NCBI GenBank assembly: GCA_963772005.1
Contig: CAVYVS010000026.1
Location: 69,380 to 93,379, forward strand
Reading direction: 5' to 3'
Length of the DNA stretch: 24,000 nucleotides
Source of the DNA: an uncultured Nitrososphaerota archaeon
GTDB lineage: Archaea > Thermoproteota > Nitrososphaeria > Conexivisphaerales > DTJL01
This document shows positions 1 to 9,276 of the stretch, in pieces. Below the pieces are notes generated by a model. It ran no database searches and was not told the origin of the DNA. It saw nothing but the letters and a program-made list of their open reading frames with translations. Every line of letters begins with the position of its first letter. Within the stretch, counting starts at the first letter, position 1. The translations under genes and the position numbers were made by a program.

Positions 1-213
1 TCGGTCATCAAGGAGGCGTTCGCCAAGGCGTCGGGAAGGGTGCCCGCTGACGTGAAGGTGGAGATCCTATACGCTGGGGCTCCCCGGTACAACCTAAGGC
101 TCTACGCGGAGAACTTCAAGGTAGGAGAGCGCGTCCTGACGGGGTTCGTCGACGAGGTCAAGTCGGAAGTCGGGAGCAAGGGGAACCTGAACTTCATCCG
201 AGAAAAGAGCTGA
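1..213 (+). CDS. Translation initiation factor aIF2 alpha subunit, C-terminal fragment (5' truncated by window)
   Basis: Frame 1 reads SVIKEAFAKASGRVPADVKVEILYAGAPRYNLRLYAENFKVGERVLTGFVDEVKSEVGSKGNLNFIREKS* ; resembles domain 3 of archaeal eIF2-alpha, and is followed by nop10 as in the common archaeal gene order. Confidence 0.85.
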   Translation, partial: SVIKEAFAKASGRVPADVKVEILYAGAPRYNLRLYAENFKVGERVLTGFVDEVKSEVGSKGNLNFIREKS

Positions 214-220
214 AATCCTG

Positions 221-385
221 ATGAAGGGCCTCATGAGACGCTGCGAGAAGTGTGGCGCCTACACCTTCGAAGAGGCCTGTCCGAAGTGCGCCGGCAGGAC
301 GCTGCTGGCTCACCCACCGAAATTCTCGCCTCAGGACAAGTATCTTAGGCTCAGGATGAAGCAACAAACGCAGACCCGCGAATGA
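221..385 (+). CDS. nop10: H/ACA ribonucleoprotein protein Nop10
   Basis: Translation MKGLMRRCEKCGAYTFEEACPKCAGRTLLAHPPKFSPQDKYLRLRMKQQTQTRE: small Cys4 zinc ribbon plus the typical HPPKFSPxDKY motif; 7 nt downstream of the aIF2-alpha stop. Confidence 0.93.
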   Translation: MKGLMRRCEKCGAYTFEEACPKCAGRTLLAHPPKFSPQDKYLRLRMKQQTQTRE

Positions 386-404
386 CGATCTAACTCAGCT
401 TCTG

Positions 405-2579
405 CTACGGACCAGGGTTGACCTTGTAGATCAGGACCTGAGCGAAGAAGCCGCTGCCATCGGGAGTTCCTGCCGATTTGAACACGAGCTCGAATGGGTG
501 GGCGCCAGCAGGGAATGTGATGTTGTAGGTGTATAGAGGGAGCTGGATCACCGTAGATGGAAGGGTGGGATCGTAGGACTGGGCAATCGTTGAAAGCTGG
601 CCGGTCGTGCTGTCGAACTGGCCGTAGCCCTGGAACGCGAACGGCAGCATCTCTCCGATCAGGGTCGAATTCCAGAACTGGTAGTTGGGCATGTCGGTGA
701 TAGGATCCAGGAAGGAGGTCAGGTTCACGTTCCCGAAGGCGCTGTTGGCGATAAGGGCCATCTGATCGAACTTGCCTTCGTCGCCACCCAAGGAGTACAC
801 CCTCCCGATGACATCGTAGCCGTTGCCCAGGCTGCGTCCGGTCGCGAAGACCACTATGTAGTCGCCGCCCAGCTGCTCAGCAATCTGAAGAGCGTTCGTA
901 GTGTTGGACATGTACATGTCGCCCACCTGCGCTATCCTGGTGGAATTGAGGGTGCCGTTGTCGGTGAACGTGGTCCGGTTGCCCAAGACGGTTATCCAGT
1001 AGCCGTAGTCCCACCATGAAATTATCTTGGCGTTGGCTGGCGTGTTAGTGCTGATCCAGGTCAGGGCTTGTTGCCAGTCGGGCACGTCCTCCGGGAGAAT
1101 GGTGCCCGAGGACTCGATCTGTAGGGGCCTCACGGTCACCGGATGCCACACCTCGACGGCCGAGAAGAAGATCAGGAATATCATGGCGAAAGCGAATATG
1201 GCCTTCCTGGCGTTGATGGTCGTATCAGGGGACTTCCTCTTGGGGTCGGACTTCATAGCGATGTACCGGGACGAAAGCTCGCTGAACACGAAGCCCCCGG
1301 CGACGCCTGCCATGATGGAAAGGTAGACCTGCAGCCTCGCAAAGGAGGAGGCAACGTAGAGGGAGGACAGGAAGGCGACGACTGCAAGTATCGCGCCCGG
1401 CGTCCTCTTCTTGATCAGGAGGTAGGTCCCGAAGAGGGCGAGCACGAGCACAATGGAGTAGGACTGGAGGAGCTCGATGCCGCTGGTCGACTGATGCTCA
1501 GCCACTGAAGACACTATGGCCGCGTCGGGCCCGACGGTCCTGTAGAACGGATCGATGACTGAAAGGTACCTCGCAGTGATGTTGGTCGGCAGCACCAGGA
1601 AGACCACCACGGCGATGATGCCCATCCCCACAAGGGTTCCCCACTTGCCGATCACCTTGTTCTTGTCGGGGAGCCTCTTGCCGGCGAAGGTTACGGCGAG
1701 CCCGCCGAGGATTCCCAGGGCCAGCACCAGGTTGGCCGCGCTCCTAAACCAGTCGATCCCCGGGTTGGGGAATGCCGTGCCAACGATGATGTTCATGAAG
1801 AGGACTATCAGGCCAGCGTAAGACTTCTTGTAGTCCACGGTCGTGAGGAGGGGCACCGCCAAGAACATCAGCCCGAGGATTCCGTTGAAGTACTCGCCCC
1901 CACCCCAGCAGACGTTCGTGTAGCCCAAAACGAGGCCGGCCACCACCGAATACATCCACATCTTCTTGTTGGTGGGAGCCTCGTAGGCACAAAGGGCCAG
2001 ATACAGCGCCCAGACTCCCAGGAACAGGGCAAGGGGCTCGTGCTTGTACCAGCCTATGCTTGACCGCAGGATGAAACCAGGCGTGAGGATCGTGAAGAGC
2101 GCCGCGGCAATCCCCGTGCCTGTCCCCCTGATCTTGCGGCCCAGGAGGAAGACGGGGACGATGATCAACGCGCCGAAATAGGCGGGCTGGATGACGGTGT
2201 AGTCGAAGAGGGAGATGCTGACTCCCAGGACCTTGGTAAGGAAGAGGTAGAGGAAGGCCGTGGTGTAGTAGAAGCCCGAGAAGGTCTCGGTGGCCATGTT
2301 GTAGCCAACCGGGTACCAGAAGTGCGTGTCCACCACGCTGAAGAAGCTGAAGAGGCCGCTCAGGCCCTTCGTGCTGATGTCGGTGACCACGATGTTCGTG
2401 GCGTAGTAGTGGAAGTAGGAGTCGAACTCGTCAAGAGTGTAACCGTACTGGGCCGGCTGCAGCCTGTAGAGAAGGGCTATGGCGAAGGTGAGGGCCATGG
2501 CCAGGAAGGCCGCCATCCTTGTCGCCTTGATGGTGGGCCTCCGTACGAGGGAGCGGATGCCGCCCAGTGGGTTGTCCAA
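405..2579 (-). CDS. aglB: Dolichyl-phosphooligosaccharide-protein glycotransferase (AglB / STT3 family)
   Basis: 724 aa multi-pass protein with WWDYGYW motif, a DK-like motif (DEGKFDQMALI) and N-terminal FDSYFHYY; standard STT3 architecture. Confidence 0.93.
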   Translation of the reverse strand: MDNPLGGIRSLVRRPTIKATRMAAFLAMALTFAIALLYRLQPAQYGYTLDEFDSYFHYYATNIVVTDISTKGLSGLFSFFSVVDTHFWYPVGYNMATETFSGFYYTTAFLYLFLTKVLGVSISLFDYTVIQPAYFGALIIVPVFLLGRKIRGTGTGIAAALFTILTPGFILRSSIGWYKHEPLALFLGVWALYLALCAYEAPTNKKMWMYSVVAGLVLGYTNVCWGGGEYFNGILGLMFLAVPLLTTVDYKKSYAGLIVLFMNIIVGTAFPNPGIDWFRSAANLVLALGILGGLAVTFAGKRLPDKNKVIGKWGTLVGMGIIAVVVFLVLPTNITARYLSVIDPFYRTVGPDAAIVSSVAEHQSTSGIELLQSYSIVLVLALFGTYLLIKKRTPGAILAVVAFLSSLYVASSFARLQVYLSIMAGVAGGFVFSELSSRYIAMKSDPKRKSPDTTINARKAIFAFAMIFLIFFSAVEVWHPVTVRPLQIESSGTILPEDVPDWQQALTWISTNTPANAKIISWWDYGYWITVLGNRTTFTDNGTLNSTRIAQVGDMYMSNTTNALQIAEQLGGDYIVVFATGRSLGNGYDVIGRVYSLGGDEGKFDQMALIANSAFGNVNLTSFLDPITDMPNYQFWNSTLIGEMLPFAFQGYGQFDSTTGQLSTIAQSYDPTLPSTVIQLPLYTYNITFPAGAHPFELVFKSAGTPDGSGFFAQVLIYKVNPGP

Positions 2580-2615
2580 GCCGGCTTCTCCTCACCTAGC
2601 CATGGGAAGGCAATA

Positions 2616-3035
2616 TTAACCTTCTTGAGCTGCCAGGTCTTCGACCAGCTTCGAATACTGCGCCGGCGCCATAAGGGAGTTCTTCGCGGTCTCGAGAGAG
2701 GAGGTGGAGAGCCGGAAGAACCAGCCCTTGCCGTAGGGGTCTTGGTTTATCAGCTCCGGATGCTGCACCAGCTCGTCGTTGACGGCTGTCACCTTCCCGG
2801 TCACGGGGGCCATGACGTCCGACACTGATTTCACGGACTCGACAGTGGACGCCGCCTTCCCTCCTTCGAGGGAGTAGCCGACCTGGGGCAACGTCACAAA
2901 TACGATATCGTGGAGCATCTCGGCGGCGTAATGGGTTATGCCCACCTCCGCCGCATCGGCGCCGACCACCCTCAACCACTCATGGTCCTTGGTATAGAGC
3001 AGGTCCTCCGGGATGTCGTACTTTCCAGCCTTCAC
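2616..3035 (-). CDS. gcvH: Glycine cleavage system H protein
   Basis: 139 aa; HEWLRV and the lipoyl-lysine region STVESVKSVSDVMAPVTGKV; overlaps the gcvT stop by 4 nt (ATGA). Confidence 0.94.
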   Translation of the reverse strand: MKAGKYDIPEDLLYTKDHEWLRVVGADAAEVGITHYAAEMLHDIVFVTLPQVGYSLEGGKAASTVESVKSVSDVMAPVTGKVTAVNDELVQHPELINQDPYGKGWFFRLSTSSLETAKNSLMAPAQYSKLVEDLAAQEG

Positions 3036-4144
3036 ACCAACTTCCTCCTCCAGCCGTACAACTCCGGATTGTAAAACGGAGGGGGGTGTATTTCAGCTTT
3101 GCATCTCGTTCCGCGAACGTCGACCGACAGCTCTGACCCGACCGGGAGGGGGCTGTCGAGGTAGGCCAGCGCGATGCCCTTCCTGACGATCGGGGAGAAG
3201 GTTCCGCTGGTGACGACTCCAACTTCGTTCCCTTCTCGGAGGACTCGGTAGTGGCTCCGGGGGATGCCGCTCTCAGGGCATATCAGACCCGTCAACGCCT
3301 TCGAGGCCCCTCCGCTCATCTGGCGGACGTGGGTCTCCTTGCCGATGTATCCCTCCTTGGCCGTGTCGATGAACCTCGTCAGGCCTGCTTCAACTGGGGT
3401 CGTGTCCGCCGTCAGGTCGTTGCCGTATAGGGGCAGGCCGGCCTCTAACCTGAGCGTATCCCTGGCGCCCAACCCGCAGGGCTTGGCCCTTTCAGACAGC
3501 TTCCTCCACATCAGGGAGGCTGCTTCGGGCCTCTCCAACGTGACGCCACGAAGCATGAGTTCGAAGCCGTCCTCACCGGTGTACCCGGTCCTAGACGCTA
3601 CGAGTTCCAGGCCCTCGAAGTCAAGAATGGAAAAGCGAAACCGTTTGACCAAGGAGAGGTCGATCGAAAGGGCCTCCCTGATGAGCTCCCTCGCCATCGG
3701 GCCTTGCACGGATATGAGCGAAGACTCTGAAGTAAGGTCGCTGAGGGCGACTTTGTATCCCTTCGACCACGTCTTCAGCCATTCGAAATCCTTCTGGTGG
3801 TTGGCGGCGTTCACCACCATCAGAAACTTCTCCGGGGAGACCTTGTAGGTAATGAGGTCGTCGATGACCCCGCCATTCTCATAGCAGAGGAACGTGTACT
3901 GGGCCCGCCCGGGGTCCGCCTTCGCGACGTCCACGGTGACCATCTTGTTCAGGAAGGCCTCCGCCTGCCCTCCCTCGACGAGGAATCGCGCCATATGCGA
4001 AACGTCGAAGATCCCGGCCGCGTTCCTTACGGCCAAATGCTCCGCCACGATGGAGTCGAAGTAGAGGGGGAGATCGTAACCAGCGAACTCCGTGATTTTG
4101 GCTTGGGATCTATATTCGTTGAATAGTTGTGTCCTGGAAGCCAA
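3032..4144 (-). CDS. gcvT: Glycine cleavage system T protein (aminomethyltransferase)
   Basis: 370 aa with DVSHMARF, YTFLCYENGGVIDDLITY, SRTGYTGEDGFEL; adjacent to gcvH. Confidence 0.94.
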   Translation of the reverse strand: MASRTQLFNEYRSQAKITEFAGYDLPLYFDSIVAEHLAVRNAAGIFDVSHMARFLVEGGQAEAFLNKMVTVDVAKADPGRAQYTFLCYENGGVIDDLITYKVSPEKFLMVVNAANHQKDFEWLKTWSKGYKVALSDLTSESSLISVQGPMARELIREALSIDLSLVKRFRFSILDFEGLELVASRTGYTGEDGFELMLRGVTLERPEAASLMWRKLSERAKPCGLGARDTLRLEAGLPLYGNDLTADTTPVEAGLTRFIDTAKEGYIGKETHVRQMSGGASKALTGLICPESGIPRSHYRVLREGNEVGVVTSGTFSPIVRKGIALAYLDSPLPVGSELSVDVRGTRCKAEIHPPPFYNPELYGWRRKLV

Positions 4145-4176
4145 GAAGATTCAAAGCGGGGCTAGCTCAGCAGATG

Positions 4177-4182
4177 TTATAA
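4177..4182. promoter_or_regulatory. Putative shared palindromic TATA box (TTATAA) between divergent gcvT and cofE
   Basis: TTATAA lies about 30 nt from both the cofE ATG (4210) and the gcvT start (4144) in a 65-nt divergent intergenic region. Confidence 0.4.
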
Positions 4183-4209
4183 GGATAGCTCGCAGAGAAC
4201 GCATCAGAA

Positions 4210-5025
4210 ATGAGACGAAAGGCCATCATGCTCATCCCCCTGGCCTGCCGCAAGATGGAGGGTCCGTTCGACTTCATCTCGGAGTTGAAGGTGAACCTCG
4301 GGGAGAACGAGGAGGAGCTTAGGCATGGGGACCTCCTGGTGATCTCCGGCAAGTACCTGGCCATGGCGGAAGGAAGGTACGTCGACCTCAGCCGGGTGAT
4401 CGCCCTGGAGGACGCAAAGGAGTACGCGGAGAGTTACGGAATGAGTCCGGGCCTCTCCGAGACGGTCCTGCGGGAGTCCGACTATGTGCTGCGGGGGCTT
4501 CATGGCTTCATATTGACGGTCAAGGATGGCTTCTTCGCCCCGAACGCGGGGGTCGACAAGTCCAACATCGGCAGGGGGAGTGCCATCCTTCACCCCTCGA
4601 ACGGGCCGGGACTCGCCGCTAGGCTGCGGAGAGAGGTGCTGGTCGCCTTTGGAGTTCGCGTCGGCGTGGTGATCACCGACAGCAGGCTGCAACCTCTCAG
4701 GCGGGGGACCGTGGGAACGTCTATCGGGTTCTCCGGATTTGATGCGGTGGTCGATGACCGAGGGCGTGTCGACCTATTCGGCAACAGGCTGAAGGTCACT
4801 AGGAGGGCGGTGGCAGACGACCTTTCGAGCGCAGCGGAGTTGCTCATGGGTGAGTCAGACGAAAGCGTACCGGTGGTGGTCGCAAGAGATACGGGCGTCC
4901 GACTTGCGGATACGGACTTCTTCGACGTGTCGGTGCCGGCAGACGAATGCATCTTCGTCAGGGGGCTCTCTCGGTTTGGCGCAGGAAGCCCTAGCGAGGA
5001 TGGCCCTCCGCGATTCTCTTCTTGA
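4210..5025 (+). CDS. cofE: Coenzyme F420-0:L-glutamate ligase-like protein (CofE family)
   Basis: 271 aa; LKVNLGENEEELRHGDLLVISGKYLAMAEGR, GRGSAILHPSNGP and VGVVITDSRLQPLRRGTVGTSIGFSGF are characteristic CofE blocks. Confidence 0.82.
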   Translation: MRRKAIMLIPLACRKMEGPFDFISELKVNLGENEEELRHGDLLVISGKYLAMAEGRYVDLSRVIALEDAKEYAESYGMSPGLSETVLRESDYVLRGLHGFILTVKDGFFAPNAGVDKSNIGRGSAILHPSNGPGLAARLRREVLVAFGVRVGVVITDSRLQPLRRGTVGTSIGFSGFDAVVDDRGRVDLFGNRLKVTRRAVADDLSSAAELLMGESDESVPVVVARDTGVRLADTDFFDVSVPADECIFVRGLSRFGAGSPSEDGPPRFSS

Positions 5026-5683
5026 ACCTCTGGGCGTCGGCATACATCGCGACCCCATGGAATGCAAAGTAGGCCTTCTTCGAGCCTGAGGTCCTTGCTC
5101 CTCCTTCTATCCTTTCGAGGTCCTCGGAGGCGAACCGGTAGAGGTTGTGCTTTCCCAATCCGAACAACCTCGTATAGAGTATCTCGTCACGAAGGTCGGG
5201 GCCGGAGCGGGTCAGGTCCGTCACCTGGATGATCCGATTTGAGTCCAGTATGGAGAGGGTGCGGAGAGAAGGGCTCGAGCGGACTTCCCAAGCGAGCCTC
5301 AGCGAGCGGGACCGCAGGGATTCGACTAGCCCTGAAATCCCACCATCGGGGACCTTGGAGGGGTCGAGCCTAGCCGGGGTCTGCAGCACTAGAAGGTTGG
5401 AGCTCAGGGCGTCGCATACCTCGGACAGGTAGTCGATTGCTGCCCGGATGTGAAGGAGGTGCCCAGACGAGAGGGCGGGGGTGAGTTCCCTGCTGCACTT
5501 GACGGTGAACTCGAACCCGGGGGGGACCACCTCCCTCCAGCGGGCGACAGTCCGGAGGGGGACTCTCGTGTAGAAGGTCGAATTGACCTCCACGAAGTCG
5601 AACAGCTTGGAGTAGCCCACCAGCTTGTCCGGGACGTCGAGAGGGAAGTACTGCCAGCCGCCCGTGCCGACGCGAAACTCCAC
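4991..5683 (-). CDS. DUF72 family protein (YecE-like, TIM-barrel)
   Basis: 230 aa; MEFRVGTGGWQYF...FVEVNSTFYTRVPLRTVARWREVVPPGFEFTVKCSRELT; DUF72 pattern; GTG start. Confidence 0.85.
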   Translation of the reverse strand: MEFRVGTGGWQYFPLDVPDKLVGYSKLFDFVEVNSTFYTRVPLRTVARWREVVPPGFEFTVKCSRELTPALSSGHLLHIRAAIDYLSEVCDALSSNLLVLQTPARLDPSKVPDGGISGLVESLRSRSLRLAWEVRSSPSLRTLSILDSNRIIQVTDLTRSGPDLRDEILYTRLFGLGKHNLYRFASEDLERIEGGARTSGSKKAYFAFHGVAMYADAQRFKKRIAEGHPR

Positions 5684-5720
5684 GATACGTTAAGAAGCCT
5701 CTCGGCGTATTTAACGGGCG

Positions 5721-6539
5721 ATGCCGCTTCGGATGGGAACCTGTGGGTGGAGCTACGACGAATGGCTCGGGGTCTTCTACCCAACCAAGGACACCTCGAA
5801 GCTCTCCTTCTACTCCAGGGTCTTCAAGACGGCGGAGGTGGACAGCACCTTCTACGACTATCCGAACGAGAAGGTCGTGTTCGGCTGGTCGAAGTACAGC
5901 CCGCTGGACTTCCAGTTCAGCCTCAAGATACCGCAGCTCATCACCCACAAGAAGAGGCTGAGCCTGCGTCTCGGGGTCGAATCGGACCTGGAGAGGTTCC
6001 TGGAGCTCCTCAGGCCGCTCTCAATCCTGAACAAGATCGGAGTCCTGCTGGTGCAGCTCCCGCCCAGCCTGTCGTCGGACCTTGACCTCCTCGAATCGTT
6101 CCTTAAGGTCCTCCCCGCCGAGACCTACCACTTCGCCGTGGAGTTCCGCCACGAATCTTGGTGGAACGAGGACACCTGGAGGCTCCTCAGGAAGTACGGC
6201 GTTGCCAACACCACGGTGGACGAGCCCCTCCTGCCGCCCGAGATGGTACGGACTGCCGACTTCACCTATGTCCGATGGCACGGCCTCGGAGAAAGGGTCT
6301 GGTACGACTACAGGTATTCGAAGGACCAGATAGGGGAGTGGGTTCCGAAGATCCGGGAAGCCCTCAAGACCTCCAAGGAGGTCTACGGCTACTGGAACAA
6401 CCACTTCCACGGCTACGCCGTCCTGAACGGCCTCGAAGCCCTCGAGCTGATGGGGATGCTCACCGAAGAGCAGAAGGCGGCGCTCAAGGATGTCTCGTCC
6501 CACGTCGACGGGAAGCAGAAAGGAATCCTGGACTACTGA
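5721..6539 (+). CDS. DUF72 family protein (YecE-like, TIM-barrel)
   Basis: 272 aa; MRMGTCGWSYDEWLGVFYP...FKTAEVDSTFYDYPNEKVVFGW...FQFSLKIPQLITHKKRL...AVEFRHESW...TVDEP...YVRWHGLGERVWYDYRYSKDQI.. ; classic DUF72. Confidence 0.92.
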   Translation: MPLRMGTCGWSYDEWLGVFYPTKDTSKLSFYSRVFKTAEVDSTFYDYPNEKVVFGWSKYSPLDFQFSLKIPQLITHKKRLSLRLGVESDLERFLELLRPLSILNKIGVLLVQLPPSLSSDLDLLESFLKVLPAETYHFAVEFRHESWWNEDTWRLLRKYGVANTTVDEPLLPPEMVRTADFTYVRWHGLGERVWYDYRYSKDQIGEWVPKIREALKTSKEVYGYWNNHFHGYAVLNGLEALELMGMLTEEQKAALKDVSSHVDGKQKGILDY

Positions 6540-6591
6540 GCGCGCCTCCGTCAAGGGTTGCCCCTGAAAGGGGGCCGGGGGGAACCCAAAA

Positions 6592-6601
6592 CAAATAAAT
6601 A
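6592..6601 (+). promoter_or_regulatory. Putative TATA box upstream of metG
   Basis: AAATAAATAT, about 42 nt upstream of the proposed TTG start at 6643; a near-identical AAATAAATAT element precedes the thermosome gene. Confidence 0.5.
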
Positions 6602-6642
6602 TCTTGCCAAGGCGCTTCAACCTCGCTTTCGAAGGCGTCGGT

Positions 6643-8290
6643 TTGACAAAGTGGATCGTCGGCTCCGCCTGGCCCTACATCAACGGAACCCCCCATTTGG
6701 GGACATTCATCCACCTTCTTTCGGCCGACGTCTATTCCAGGTATCTCAGGCTGAAGGGCGATGAAGTCGTGTCGGTCTCCGGCTCCGACGAGCACGGGAC
6801 CCCCATCGAGGTCGAAGCGACGAAGTTGGGCATTTCACCCAAGGCGCTTACCGACAAGAACCATGCCGGCCATAGTATCCCTCCTGAAACAGTACATGGT
6901 GGAGCTGAATAATTACACGAGGACCGAATCGCCCACCCACATCGCGTTCTCTCGGGAGTTCTACTCCAGGCTGTATCGGAACGGCTATGTTTCGAGCGAG
7001 TCAGTGCCGCTTCCTTACTGCCCGAGGGACGATCGGTTCCTCCCGGACAGGTTCGTCGAAGGCGTGTGCCCGTTCTGTGGTTTTGACGGCGCCAGGGGGG
7101 ATCAATGCGACAACTGCGGCCACCTCCTCGAGCCCGTCGAGCTCAAGAGCCCCAGATGCGTCATCTGCGGCACCTCGCCGATCATCAAGGACTCCGAGCA
7201 CTGGATCTTCGAGCTGCCCCGGCTGACGGACAGACTGAAGTCTTACATCGCCTCGTCTCCCCAATTCCCCGAGAACGCCAGAAACTTCTCGAACAGGTGG
7301 TTAGAGGAGGGCTTGAAGCCCCGGCCGCTTACGCGGGACAACAAGTGGGGGATACCGGCCCCCTTCCCAGGCTCTGAGGGCAAGACGATTTACGTGTGGA
7401 TGGAGGCCGTGCTGGGCTATGTCTCAGCCACCAAGGAGTGGGCGGAGCGTAAGGGAGACACGGCGGCTTTCGCCCGCTTCTGGAAGGACCCGGCGACGAA
7501 GACGGTCATATTCATGGGCAAGGACAACATTCCGTTTCACACCATCATCTTCCCGGCGCTCCTTATGGCGGCGGACGACGGATACGTCCTACCCTGGCAG
7601 GTGTCGTCCACCGAATTCATCCTCTTCGAAGGTCAGAAGTTCTCGAAGAGCAAGAACGTGGGCATATGGATGGACGAAGCTGCGAAGATTGCAGACCCCG
7701 AATACTGGAGGTTCGTCCTGATGTCGATTAGGCCTCAGGCGAAGGATGCCAACTTCGGGTGGTCTGAGCTCGAAAGGATCGTGAACAGCGACCTTAACGA
7801 CGTCATAGGCAACTACGTCCACAGGACCCTGACATTTATCAAGAGCAATTTCGGATCTGTGATACCCGAGCCGGGGCCTTTGGGAGATGAGGAGAAGGCC
7901 CTCCTGGCTTACGCTGAGGAGTCCGCATCAAGATTCCTTCGGCTAATGGACGATTTCGACATCAAGGAGTCCGTGAAGCAGGTGGTCGAGCTGGCCCGCA
8001 AAGGGAACGAATACATCAGCGTACGCGAACCCTGGGCCCAAGTCAAAAGGGACAGGGTGGCTGCGGCCACTACCCTTTTCGTTGCTTCCCAGCTGGTCTA
8101 CAGCATCTCCTTGATGCTCTACCCCTTCATGCCGAAGTCCTCAGCGGCCCTCTGTGGCATTCTGGGCCTCCCCCCTGACCCCGTGAGGATCGGCCTCGAG
8201 AAGCTGGGGAAGGTTGCACTCGACCCTGGCCACAGGCTCGGCCAGCCCGTCCCGCTCTTCTCGAAGATCAAGGTCCAGAAGGCTAACTGA
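6643..8290 (+). CDS. metG: Methionyl-tRNA synthetase, split by an apparent +1 frameshift near 6879-6881
   Basis: N-terminal frame ([59 protein letters not shown]) joins the second frame ([28 protein letters not shown]...zinc-binding Cys pairs...KFSKSKNVG). One extra C in CCC 6879-6881 accounts for the break. TTG start at 6643 fits the TATA position better than the called 6604. Confidence 0.88.
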
Positions 8291-8336
8291 CAGTCGAGAT
8301 ACGTTTTTTAGAAGCTTTGGAACAATTGTGCTTCAT

Positions 8337-9276
8337 ATGTCCGAGAAATTACACCTCCCTATTGTGGTGATAGGGAGCGGCCCGGCCGGCCTTACGGCCG
8401 CGGTGTACGCCGCAAGGGCCGGCTACGCCCCCCTGGTGATAGGAGGCTACGAATTCGGGGGGCAGCTCATGCTCACCACCACCGTCGAGAACTTCACGGG
8501 CTTTCCGGATGGAATCATGGGGCCCGACCTCATGGCCGGCATGCGGAAACAAGCTGAGAACGTCGGGGCCAGGGTCGTCGACCGGAACGTCACGAAGGTT
8601 GATTTCTCGACGAAGCCGTTCAAGATCGACGTGGAAGGAACAGAGTACCTCGCGGACTCCGTAATCGTGGCCACGGGCGCGTCCGCCAGGTGGCTCGGCA
8701 TCAGCTCGGAGGAGAGGTTCAAGGGGAAAGGGGTGTCCTCGTGCGCGGTCTGCGACGGCTCCTTCTTCAAGGCGCAAGACCTCGTCGTGGTGGGCGGAGG
8801 GGACACGGCCATGGAGGACTCACTCTACCTATCCAAGATCGCCGGCAGCGTTACGGTCATCCACCGCAGGGACAAGCTTCGGGCCTCCGGAGATCATGCA
8901 GCGAAGGGCCTTCTCCAACCCCAAGATTCGCTTTGTGTGGAACTCCGTGGTTGAGGAGATCCTGGGAGACAAGAAGGTCGAAGGGGTCAGGGTAAAGGAC
9001 ACGGTGACAGGTGTGGTGTCTCCGATCAAGTGCGGCGGCGTCTTTGTCTCCATCGGCCATCAGCCGAACACTGGAGTATTCCGCGGTCAGATCGACCTCG
9101 ACAAGGCAGGCTACGCCGTCGTCCAAGGCGAGACCCGTTCGAGCAAAGAGGGCGTCTTTCTTGCGGGGGATGTTGCGGACCACGTCTACAGGCAGGCCAT
9201 TACGGCCGCCGGATCGGGGTGCAAGGCGGCACTGGACGCAGTTAGGTTTCTAGAGGCCCAGAAGGACCGTCAGTAG
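8337..9276 (+). CDS. trxB: Thioredoxin reductase, split by an apparent +1 frameshift near 8889-8890
   Basis: MSEKLHLPIVVIGSGPAGLTAAVYAARAGY, active-site CAVCDG, VVVGGGDTAMEDSLYL, VTVIHRRDKLRAS then (second frame) EIMQRRAFSNPKIRFVWNSVVEEI...GVFLAGDVADHVYRQAITAAGSGCKAALDA. Confidence 0.9.

Noticed and set aside
1027-1992. Plus-strand and alternate-frame ORFs inside aglB (e.g. 1027..1326, 1143..1508, 1555..1821, 1744..1992)
   Set aside because: Antisense or shadow ORFs with low-complexity Arg/Gly/Pro-rich translations, fully covered by the strongly supported AglB reading frame.
6604-9276. metG and trxB as pseudogenes
   Set aside because: All catalytic motifs are intact on both sides of a single one-base break, and two other essential-type genes show the same defect; sequence error is much more likely than decay.
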